Source: Nemertoderma westbladi
Taxonomy: Eukaryota > Animalia > Xenacoelomorpha
Direction: 5' to 3'
DNA: 37,503 nt
NCBI GenBank assembly: GCA_032718475.1
Contig: JAUCBJ010001466.1
Span: 1-37,503, forward strand
Position numbers and translations under genes: made by a program. The notes beneath the pieces are model-generated. The model was given only the letters and a program-made list of their open reading frames with translations. It did not search any database and had not been told where the DNA came from. Positions 23,625 through 34,021 of the stretch are shown one piece after another (the stretch's first letter is position 1; each line of letters starts with the position of its first letter).

Positions 23625-24053
23625 TATAGTTGTAAAGCCGAAGGAGATATCACCTGTGCGTTCAACGCAAGGTAACATGTTTGTTATATTGGAATCAATT
23701 CCGCAGCCATGAGCAACTTCATCGCCGATTTTAGCAGGTAAGGTAAGTAGTCTACCTACTGTAAGCCGTAGTTTACTTGTAGGGAGAGACGAACCTGTGT
23801 TTATGACAGTCAAACAGGTGAGTAAACCATTACCAATTAAACCTGTGATGTGCTGCGTGAACCCAGTCATTTACAGACCAACTACAATGGTTAAACCGGA
23901 CATTTTTATTCGACCATTGACACAATGCTTAACGAGACCTACGACTTCGTGGAAGGCTTGCAAGCCTACCGAGCGACGAGGAACCGTGAAACTCGAGCAG
24001 CATTTAACGAGACCTACGACTTTGTGGAAGGCTTGCGAGCCTACCGAACAACC

Positions 24054-24459
24054 ATAGTCTATGCCTCAGTGAGGCCTAGTCTATGCCTCAGTGAGGCCTA
24101 GTCTATGCCTCAGTGCCTCAGTAAGGCATAGTCTATGCCTCAGTGAGGCATAGTCTATGCCTCAGTGTGGCATAGTCTATGCCTCAGTGAGGCATAGTCT
24201 GTGCCTCAGTGAGGCACAGACTATGCCTCAGTGCCTCAGTGAAGCATAGTCTATGCCTCAGTGAGGCATAGTCTATGCCTCAGTGAGTCATAGTCTATGC
24301 CTCAGTGCCTCAGTGAGGCATAGTCTATGCCTCAGTGAGCCATAGTCTATGCCTCCTTGAGGCATAGTCTGTGCCTCAGTGAGGCATAGTCTGTGCCTCA
24401 GTGAGGCAAGTCTGTGCATCAGTGCCTCAGTGAGGCATAGTCTGTGCCTCAGTGAGGTA
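24054..24459. repeat. 22-bp palindromic minisatellite
   Basis: Unit atagtct(a/g)tgcctcagtgaggc, about 17 copies, some with an extra gcctcagt. Confidence 0.96.
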
Positions 24460-24505
24460 TGAGAGTCTTACAAATTCGAACGGCAACGAACAAATTCGAA
24501 GGTTA

Positions 24506-24582
24506 CTGTTCCACCTTGGTGTAGTGGTTGCATTGAATTAACATCTCACGTATGTCATGGGTTCGATCCCCGCATGAACCAG
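24506..24582 (+). mobile_element. tRNA-derived SINE head or tRNA pseudogene
   Basis: A-box-like tggtgtagtgg and B-box ggttcgatccc at tRNA-like spacing; no valid anticodon arm. Confidence 0.55.
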
Positions 24583-24776
24583 GGCAGTTTTTGTTCGGTC
24601 AGCAATACTGTAGGCCTAACTTTGCAAAATGCATTATTATTGCCTAGTAACCAATTCATGGCTACTATATGGTTTTCACTTTCAGACATTTCACCCTCTA
24701 GCAGCAGACTGGGGAACTTCAGACTACAAAAATCTGCATCTGCAAAATATATAGCCTATAATGTAATAGATACATT

Positions 24777-25029
24777 ACTGGGGGGTCAAAATTAAGTATT
24801 AATATATCTAAATAAGTCTCAAACATCTTGCCTCATGGCTCGCCCCTCAGAACTCTTAACTGGGGGGTCATAATTAAGTAATAATATATCTAAATAAGTC
24901 TCAAACATCTTGCCTCATGGCTCGCCCCTCAGAACTTTTAAGCAATAGGTATGCGAGGTATGCGTAATTCTGCGTAAGACTGGGTAAGACTGCGAGGTAT
25001 GCGTTAATTACGCATACCTCGCAGTCTTA
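24777..25029. repeat. 82-bp tandem duplication followed by a near-perfect palindrome
   Basis: actggggggtca...cccctcagaact occurs twice (24777, 24859). aagactgcgaggtatgcgt-taatt-acgcatacctcgcagtctt lies at about 24986-25028. Confidence 0.85.
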
Positions 25030-25725
25030 AGTAATTAATTATACAGTAGGTTAGATCGTTTTGAGAATAGGACCATTGGAAACAGCGCCCTCGATAACCT
25101 CAGTACAAAGAAAATTAATACAGATTGACCGGATATAGCTTGTTATTATAAAATATAAATTATAATAAAGTAGAACAATTAGGGTTGTAAATAAAAACAA
25201 ATTAAATTGAAGATAAACTGAAACTTATGTATTAAAAGAGGGCCCTATTTAATTATACAGTATACTGAAAATGATTAGCGATACCATAATTAGATTATCG
25301 ATAGGGATGCGGCTTCCTTAAATGAGAAACACAAAGAATTTTAAGAGGGGCCCCAATAAATTGCTGATTTATGCATAACTGGTAACCTAGGCTATAGCTT
25401 GTCTTAAGTTTAGGCCTTTTGCTAACATTAATTCCAAAATAGTTACCAGTAAGGGAGCTGTATACCCTAGGGCTAAATAAGGCTGCGAGTCTATGGTTAG
25501 ATGGTTCCAATAATGACGTCATTAGCATCGGTGTGTAATATATTAACTGTTTATTATTAAAGCTAAAATTAGAAACCAATATATAAAGTAAAAGTACAAA
25601 TAAATAATTAATTTAAAATTAAATACAAAAAATTAATTAAAATTAAGTACAAATAAATAAGTATTAATAAATAAAAGAGCTGCGGTGTCACTTATGACAC
25701 CCTCTTGCTCCTCTTTGCGTCAGTA

Positions 25726-26866
25726 GACACCATTGTGTATCGGATTAATTAATTAGGATAATCAATTAAACCCTAATTAGGAGTCGTAAGACACCTATTA
25801 GGGTCTAATTGTACTAATTAATTGATGACACCTGTCAATTAGGGTCTAATTAGCCTAATTAGGAGGTGTCACCCAGACAGTATGGCGCCAGTCAGTTGGG
25901 TCTAACTGTCACAAAGAGGACCAAGACCCTACTACTTATACTGTATTATATATATTTTATTTGGTCTACCACGAGCCGTTTTTTATTTTTATTATTATTT
26001 ATGTTTTATTTTGAAATGTTTACGTATCAAGGTCTATTTGATTTGACATTTTAAACTTGAATTATATTTAGCCTATTTTCAGTACAATTCCTAAATCATA
26101 TGTTTGTTTACTTGAGTTTATATCCACCTAAATGTATAATTTAATTGTGTCTTGGTGGTGTTTTCACCTTTTAATAGTAATTTTAATTTTTAATAGAGTA
26201 TAATAATAATAATAATAATAATAATATCCTACCATCTAATTTTTATCATTTATCAACATCCTTCCTATTGTTAATTATACCAATTTTATAAATTAGTAAT
26301 GGTGTTGTGGTTTGTACAATGTTTACCGGTACTAATTACCTGTAGTATACAAATAATTTATTTTTTTATGACATCGTGTGATAGCATCAGTGATGTAAGT
26401 AAGTACTGAAGTAGGCCTAATATCTGACGGTCGGGGGAGAGAGTTTACTTTGTAGACTAATAATAATTATAACTTGCCACAGCACGACAGAAGCACCAGC
26501 ATACAGACATAGCTGCATAGCAGCAGCATCCATAGCAGGATTGATAGTCGCTGGTGTGGTACCGGTAGCGGTAGGCCTATGGCTGGGCTTAAACTATGGT
26601 TGTCTCCTATTCGAACACGAATTGTCTCATTACCGGAGGCGTTTAGAATAGGTGGAAGAAGAGTGACTGGTAGCTGTTACCGGCACTCTAACGCCACTAC
26701 AAGTCAGCCACCTCTTAAGGAAATTAAAAAATTGCTAACTGCGGACCGGAGAGGTATGTTATGATGGTTTCGGTTTGGGAAGAAAACAATTATTGATGAC
26801 GGATCGAAACCCCAAAACATTATTATTATTTACTGTTAAGTTAAACAGTCCTGTTGACTGTTGGAT
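25726..26866. repeat. Long direct repeat, copy A (1141 bp)
   Basis: Nearly identical to 29971-31101, with scattered substitutions and small indels. Confidence 0.97.
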
Positions 26867-29800
26867 TCATTTTTAATTTCATTACCGGACTAGCGCCTCC
26901 GGTGGCTATAATTAAAATGGTAGGGCCATAATAAAAATATACATAGCAACAGCAAGTATAACTGGTCAGACGATAGTTGTGAACCAAATGAACGAATAGA
27001 AAATTGATAACGTGGCGGTAAGAACAGTAAAGGCACCAATGCACCGATATAAGTCAGTAGCGGTATAAAATCAACCCGGTAAAATAAAATATATATACAT
27101 ATTGATATAACATATTCATAGGGCGTACTTAATAGTGTAGGGTGTACAATAATTGCTATGTGTAAAACGTGCAAATTTGCCATTAAAATAAAATCGGATA
27201 AAATAAGATATAATGAAGGGTGATACCCACAGGCTGGCTAGAACGTAGGGTCTATTTGGGTACCATAATTAACTGCCGAATACAAAGGTTTTATTCAGAG
27301 AGAGTACAATATTATATTGGAAAGGGTGTATCGTTGTCAGATAAAATCGAAAAAGGAAAACAGTTAATAATTGTATAAGTCTAATAGGACTGAGTGTCGG
27401 TCACTATGTGTTCCCGTGGTGGCGTTTAGGATTGATTGGGTGTAGAACAGGCGGTAGGAGTTAGTTGCGCTCAGGGATGTAGCTTGGATATTCTTTAGGT
27501 GTCTGCGTATAGAGCTGAAGCTAAATTTGGAAATACTGAGATTGGCCAAGCTTGGGAGGTTTAGGTCCCAGACGGCGTGTGCATAGCTATCAAATGTGTC
27601 TACCTTGAACAGTCGCCCTAGATGGCCGGACAGCAGATAATCGAAAAGATAAGTTACTTTGGCATTGCGGCAATTAAATATGTTGAATATCGTGGTGGCA
27701 GTTTTAAGTTTAATCATAGCATCTGGTGGTAGTCCGTTAAATAACATTGCCAGGGTGTCGGAAGGGATATAGTTTGATGCTCACAGGAATCTTCGCATTG
27801 CCCATCTTAAATAGCGCGCTATAACTGTCGTATAGACATGATCGAGCGACTCACAGCCGTACAGTATTGCTGGTAGGCAGATGCATTGCCAGATTTTGGC
27901 AACAACGTTTAGTGGTACGCTATCTATTGCGAATCCGCGTTGTTCTAAACGGCTGATATTGACTAAGGTTTTCATCCGAAAATGTTTGTCTAAGTTGTGG
28001 GGCGTGGCAGGTAGTGGGAGGCCGAGATACAAACAGCTGTCTTCGGATATGTGGGTGATATCGAATTCTGGGATCCGTAGGGTTATGTCAGTTACACTGC
28101 ATCCAATTTCGTTTAAGAGTAGGTAGTGGGTTTTCTTAATATTTAAGGTTAAACTGAAGTCTTGGAAGTATGTGTGACATAAAATAGCCATCCTCTGGAG
28201 GTCCGACTTTAAATTAGCAATTAGTATGATGTCGTCCCCGTAACTTATTAAACTGAAGGAGTGACTTCCCACGTGGACTCCGAGATTGCTGTTGACTATG
28301 TCTTCGAATAGCTGTGCGATGTAAACATTGAAGAGGAATGACGATAGTAAACTTCCCTGTCTTAATCCCCGTTCAAGTATTATGGGGTTTTTCCTGATTA
28401 ATTTTCCTGAACAAATAAATGACGTCCCTGAGTGGAGGTAAGCCATAAGCATCCGAGTGAGGTTAGGTCCCACATTGGATTTCTGTAGGATACTGTATAG
28501 TTTGGTATAATCAACTGTGTCAAAGGCTGATGATAAGTCCAACGATAGGATGTGGGTAGCTGAGTGGTGTTTATTGAAGTACTTAATGATGTTAGTTACC
28601 GTCAAGTATGTCATTTCGGTGCTGATTTTCGGTTTGAAACCAAGCTGAAGTTCGTTAGTCTGTAACATTGGTGTTAGTTCCTTAAGGATCAGGGCTTCCC
28701 ATAATTTAGTAATAATAGCTATGATAGTCACAGCACGATAGTTCTTAGGTACTGTTTTATCGAGAGACCTTCCCTTGTAGATTGGTATTAGAAGTGATTC
28801 CCCTAGTTGGGATGGGCAAGTGCCAGTGATTCGCATTGTGTTGAACATATGGGCCAGGCACTGTAGCAATTCTTTGTTGGTCCCGTATATCAAATGTTCC
28901 GCCCTCAGGTTGTTCGTATCAGCTGATTTCTTTCTATTAAGGGACATGATCGCTTCTGCAATATCGTTAGGGTTGATTAGTGGAATATCCTCATTGATTG
29001 GGATCTGGCTGAGCTCCTCCATCGTATTCTTATGTGAGTTAGGCGCTTTAAAGTGGCCCTGGTAGTAGTTTGATAGGTTGTCTGCCGCCTCACTGGTGAG
29101 ATCCGTCAGTTGGCATCTTGGTTTGACCGTCCTCCAGAAACGGTTGTCGTTCCCTTTACATAGATCTGCGAGGTTGTTTATGTGGTTCTGATAGTATCTC
29201 CTTTGGGTCTGAGACACGGCAATGCTGTATTTACGGCTGGAGGTGAGGTAATTAGTGTAAAAGTAGTTGTCATGGCTTTTGAGTCCCCCATTGGTTTCCC
29301 ATGCTTGCTTTGCTTTATCAAACTCGGCTTTTAAAGGACCGATGTTGTTTTCCTGGGGAAATTTGTTCAAGGATAGCTTGTTATTGTATTTTGATTTATT
29401 TCCTAGTGAGGAGAATGAGCTGGGGATGTTGTTTCTCGCCGCATCTATTATTGTAGCAGAGATAATGTCTAGGGATTTTGTTGCATGGGATGGTTCGACT
29501 GAGTACATATGTTCGGGTCCGCTGTATATTGAGTTTGATTGGGAGATGAAGGAGGTTTTAATTTCATTGTTGTAATTATTCAGTTGTTGTACTGTGGCTT
29601 TATCGAAGTGAAAGCGTTCTAATTTCCGCTCATGTACAAGGGTCTTATGTAGTAAAACATTGTCGTTATATGACTCTAGTGTTATATTGATTGATATTGG
29701 TACATGGTCAGATAGGTTGCAGGGTTCATCCTCTGAAATGATACATGAGTGAAAACTTTCCAGCATGTTTTGGGAGATTAGGATATGGTCGATGTAGGAT

Positions 29801-29935
29801 GAATGCAAGATCCGTCCATCTTTTCTTTTCTTCCGGTAAGTTGCCAGGGGTCCGAAAGCCCGATTTTGTAGGTCTGCAATGGATAGATCAAATTCGTTAG
29901 TGATAAGTTCATTAAAGATCTTTCCAAACACCACT
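26867..29935 (-). mobile_element. 5'-truncated APE-type LINE (clade uncertain; possibly RTE-X/Proto2-like)
   Basis: ORF2 remnant plus about 500 bp of 3' UTR ending in a stem-loop (accgga...tccggt) and an A-rich end. Confidence 0.9.
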
Positions 29936-29943
29936 GACACCAC
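27364..29943 (-). pseudogene. LINE ORF2: endonuclease C-terminus and reverse transcriptase, one premature stop at 27781
   Basis: SYIDHILIS and LSDHVPI (APE); PIYKG..NYRAVTI, QLGFK, LDLSSAFDTV, RQGSLLSSFLF, YGDD, YLG (RT). The frame continues in 27364-27747. Confidence 0.92.
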
Positions 29944-29970
29944 TAGTAGACACCACTCGTAGACACCACT

Positions 29971-31101
29971 GACACCATTGTGTATCGGATTAATTAATTA
30001 GGATAATCAATTAAACCCTAATTAGGAGTCGTAAGACACCTATTAGGGTTTAATTGTACAAATTAATTGATGACACCTGTCAATTAGGGTCTAATTAGCC
30101 TACTTAGGAGGTGTCACCCAGACAGTATGGCGCCAGTCAGTTGGGTCTAACTGTCACAAAGAGGACCAAGACCCTACTACTTATACTGTATTATATATAT
30201 TTTATTTGGTCTACCACGAGACGTTTTTTATTTTTATTATTATTTCTGTTTTATTTTGAAATGTTTACGTATCAAGGTCTATTTGATTTGACATTTTAAA
30301 CTTGAATTATATTTAGCCTATTTTCAGTACAATTCCTAAATTATATGTTTGTTTACTTGAGTTTATATCCACCTAAATGTATAATTTAATTGTGCCTTGG
30401 TGGTGTTTTCCCCTTTTAATAGTAATTTTAATTTTTAATAGAGTGTAATAATAATAATAATAATAATATCCTACCATCTAATTTTTATCATTTATCAACA
30501 TCCTTCCTATTGTTAATTATACCAATTTTATAAATTAGTAATGGTCTTGTGGTTTGTACAATGTTTACCGGTACTAATTACCTGTAGTATACAAATAAAT
30601 ATATTTTTTTATGACATCGTGTGATAGCATCGGTGATGTAAGTAAGTACTGAAGTAGGCCTAATATCTAATAAGAGAGTTTACTTTGTAGACTAATAATA
30701 ATTATAACTTGCCACAGCACGACAGAAGCACCAGCATACAGACATAGCTGCATAGCAGCAGCATCCATAGCTGGTTTGATAGTCGCTGGTGTGGTACCGG
30801 TAGCGGTAGGCCTATGGCTGGGCTTAAACTATGGTTGTCTCCTATTCGAACACGAATTGTCTCATTACCGGAGGCGTTTGGAATAGGTGGAAGAAGAGTG
30901 ACTGGTAGCTGTTACCGGCACTCTAACGCCACTACAAGTCAGCCACCTCTTAAGGAAATTAAAAAATTGCTAACTGCGGACCGGAGAGGTATGTTATGAT
31001 GGTTTCGGTTTGGGAAGAAAAAAATTATTGATGACGGATCGAAACCCCAAAACATTGTTATTATTTACTGTTAAGTTAAACAGTCCTGTTGACTGTTGGA
31101 T
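29971..31101. repeat. Long direct repeat, copy A' (1131 bp)
   Basis: Matches 25726-26866 from gacaccattgtg to gactgttggat. Confidence 0.97.
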
Positions 31102-31229
31102 ACGGCAACTCAAGTTTAATCCTTAATTCTGTAATTCGTACCCAATCAGCCCATTCTAACTATCATAGGTACCGGTACAGCATACCCACCAACGATTATC
31201 GCCTCCTTTTTATAACCGTTTTCTTTTAG

Positions 31230-31435
31230 ATTCCGGAAACTACACGGCTAAGCTGATGAATGTAATCGAAGAGCAGTTGTTGGGGAGAGAACACCTGGAG
31301 AGAAAGATAGCTGAAATGGAGAGCTTTAATATCCACGGACTGGATGAAATCAACGCGAGGAGGGTGATCGTGGAAGATGGCATCAAGAAATATGTCGATG
31401 ACTCTCGAGATAAATTAGAACGTCTCATTAAATGA
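31230..31435 (+). CDS. Candidate terminal coding exon of an unidentified host gene (helical or coiled-coil peptide)
   Basis: Acceptor ttttcttttag at 31229, then an open frame xSGNYTAKLMNVIEEQLLGREHLERKIAEMESFNIHGLDEINARRVIVEDGIKKYVDDSRDKLERLIK-stop, purine-rich and protein-like. Confidence 0.55.
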
Positions 31436-31639
31436 TATTATTTGTCCTTAATCCTTACCTCAGGAGTAAAACCAGTTAGCCTACAGATAAATGTCTAGTT
31501 TGTGATGGTTTTTTTGTCTTTTTTAACTTTGACAGCCCTCAAGAAATGTTTGATGGTAGGCCTAAGTAAGAGCCTACGATCCAAGGATGACTTACTATAA
31601 GTACAATGAACACATCTCCAATCAGACTATACACAACCT

Positions 31640-32095
31640 TGTAGGTGTTTCATTAGTATACCTTAGGTTGACACTTGCAAAGCCGCCTCCGCTTTGCAGG
31701 ACATTGCTTTCGCCGTGAGGACCAGCATGTGCACAATATCGTGTGCTTTGGCAGCCTCATGGAGTGAATAAGCATGCTGGACAGCCCATTAATTTCTTGA
31801 GCCGCATCTTAAAGGACACTGGCCTTAAAGATGCGAATGATCTAGCAAATGTCATGGGTGATAAGGAGTTGTTGTTCGCGCTTTTATAAACAATAGATTC
31901 TATTATTCTATTGGCTGCTTTACCCTGATGTGTACTGGAATCGAACACTTCGGGGCGTTTGGATCTAACATCCTACAGAGTTGGGCGTATAGTATGACAT
32001 TTTATAGAGTTTGGAGTAAACTAGCTTATCGCTACAAAAATGTGCATTTTAGGCCGCAGAAGCTTTAACAGTTGTGGCGGTGCAACTTTGTCGGT
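31640..32095 (+). mobile_element. RTE-clade LINE 3' fragment (same family as 9270-9415), interrupted by a mini LTR
   Basis: RLRFAGHCFRR motif. cgcatcttaaaggacac...gatctagcaaatgtcatgggtgata matches the reverse complement of about 9290-9390, and the match resumes (gttgtggcgg) after 32070. Confidence 0.82.
31873..32070 (-). mobile_element. 198-bp miniature solo LTR related to the 1.1-1.2-kb LTRs
   Basis: Minus-strand termini TGTTAAAGCTTCTGCGG...AAAAGCGCGAACA. 5-bp TSD gttgt at 31868-31872 and 32071-32075. Confidence 0.85.
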
Positions 32096-32200
32096 GACGC
32101 AATGCGAATAGTAGTTTTTGTTTTGGAGGAGGGTCTTTAAATCTCAGACAGGGTTATTATTATAACTTTTGTTGGGCACAGCTTTTGCAAAGTCGGCAAT

Positions 32201-32260
32201 GACGTCCAGGTGGGATCGAACTGGTGACCTCCGAGTTGGAAGTCTGACGCTCTAACCATA
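32201..32260 (-). mobile_element. tRNA-derived SINE remnant
   Basis: Minus strand tggttagagcgtcagacttccaactcggaggtcaccagttcgatccc has D-loop-like and B-box-like segments; the 5' end is missing and the stems do not pair. Confidence 0.55.
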
Positions 32261-32464
32261 ATAATTAAGGTTCAAATTATTAACTCTTATATTCACTATT
32301 ATACTAATATATACTTATATTCACTTATATAATAAGTTTGCTGACTTGCATGTTAGCCACAGCCACTGTAATAGATCCCAATCAAACATTCCTTAAAGGA
32401 ACGTAAAGCAAAACGCGAGAGAAGCGAGTAAAATTTTTTTTGTTTAGTATTGCTAATATGAAAC

Positions 32465-32893
32465 TATGGTGGCCCTCAGCGGCCTGTTTTGTAATCTTTT
32501 TTTTGTTTCCCCGACTTGCAAACTCGTTCGAACGACTTTACAAAACTAGGGGGAACAAATCTAATTGGCTGGAGTGGTTTCTATAACAACGGAACTCCAA
32601 TCAAGTTTTTTCGTAATAATGAGACAATTGAAATGCAAGTGTTCAACTCAAAACCATAATGATATACTAACTAGGTACTGTTTACCCATTCGATAAAAAG
32701 GGTTATCATGGAGACAGCAGCTTCAGTCTGATTGGCTAATTATGGAAACAAACTTGATTGGAGTTCCGTTGTTATAGAAACCACTCCAGCCAATTAGATT
32801 TGTCCCCCCTAGTTTTGTAAAGTCGTTCGAACGAGTTTGCAAGTCGGGGAAACAAAAGAATGATTAAAAAACTGGCCGCTCAGGGCCACCATA
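32465..32893. mobile_element. MITE with ~155-bp terminal inverted repeats
   Basis: tatggtggccct...ggaactccaatcaagttt (32465 to about 32620) is mirrored at about 32740-32893. Possible flanking duplication (a)tgaaa. Confidence 0.9.
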
Positions 32894-32897
32894 TGAA

Positions 32898-33193
32898 AAG
32901 GCCTGATTGTCTCTGTTAAGGGCCTGGCTTTTGGGGACCCTCTGGCCCGGAGCCCCTTACACAGACCCTGGAAATTTTAATAGTAATCGTGTGTTGAGAG
33001 ATTTACGAAGATTTATTAATGTAAATTTACATAGTAATTGAAATATTATATTAATACCATGTATATAATAATAGTTCAACAAATAATATTATTAATGTTA
33101 TTTTTATAAAAGAAATGTCTTGTATAGTAGTTGTGTGGAGGCCCCCTTGTTGTGGGAGGCCATAGGCCGCGGCCTATGCCTAAATCCGGCCCT
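32898..33193. mobile_element. hAT-like non-autonomous element remnant
   Basis: Right end ggcctatgcctaaatccggccct with ggccc-rich subterminal blocks on both sides and an AT-rich core. The left terminus is degenerate. Confidence 0.55.
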
Positions 33194-33588
33194 CGCTGTA
33201 CCCGCGCAGTCTGAAAATGAGGCAGAAATAAAATTAGTGAGGAACTATGTAACTAAATACGTCTATACATGACATGATTTTGCATTAATTATAATTCAAC
33301 ATCGTATTCAATCGGAATTCGCCAATTCTAAATTTCCATGGCTCTATTATATTATTAGATAAAGTTCGACTCCAATCAAATGGTATCGAAGACTGCACGG
33401 ACTTGACTAGCCTATCTAAAATAGACTGAAATTCCTGTTGATATTCTATTGCATTTCAGTTTAGATTTCCTCTACTGAACTTTATTATTTTGGTGGGTTC
33501 GTTTTTGTTACCGATATGATCGATATCTTTCAAATGTAAATTAAATATGGCCGGATTTACTATTCAGTTTTTTGAAACTTACATTGAT

Positions 33589-34021
33589 TAAAGGTATGCC
33601 TGCACAGCAGTGTAGGTTTACGGTAAAGGTATGCCTGCACGCACAGCAGTGTAGGTTTACGGTAAAGGTATGCCTGTACAGCAGTGTAGGTTTACGGTAA
33701 AGGTATGCCTGTACAGCAGTGTAGGTTTACGGTAAAGGTATGCCTGCACAGCAGTGTAGGTTTACGGTAAAGGTATGCCTGTACAGCAGTGTAGGTTTAC
33801 GGTAAAGGTATGCCTGTACAGCAGTGTAGGTTTACGGTAAAGGTATGCATGCACAGCAGTGTAGGTTTACGGTAAAGGTATGCCTGCACAGCAGTGTAGG
33901 TTTAGGGTAAAAGTATGCATGCACAGCAGTGTAGGTTTACGGTAAAGGTATGCCTGTACAGCAGTGTAGGTTTACGGTAAAGGTATGCCTGTACAGCAGT
34001 GTAGGTTTACGGTAAAGGTAT
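33589..34021. repeat. 35-bp minisatellite, about 12 copies
   Basis: Unit ggtaaaggtatgcctg(c/t)acagcagtgtaggtttac; ends flush against the LTR terminus at 34022. Confidence 0.97.

Larger units (their letters stand above)
21108..24057 (+). pseudogene. Degenerate coiled-coil-rich ORF, probably an LTR-element gag (BEL/Pao-like), interrupted by a Penelope element
   Basis: Fragments 21216-21536, 21809-22135, 22193-22371 and 23637-24057. The reading KPIIVV|KPKEISP is restored when the insert is removed. E/R/Q/A-rich heptads. No diagnostic gag motif was seen. Confidence 0.55.

Noticed and set aside
24506-24582. Functional tRNA gene (also considered for 32201-32260)
   Set aside because: A and B boxes are present but the cloverleaf stems do not form.
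26790-26820. tgatgacggatcgaaac as a hammerhead
   Set aside because: Stem II is too short and stems I and III cannot be built.
25726-31101. A and A' as true LTRs of an LTR retrotransposon
   Set aside because: No TG...CA termini, PBS or PPT, and the enclosed RT is of the non-LTR APE type.
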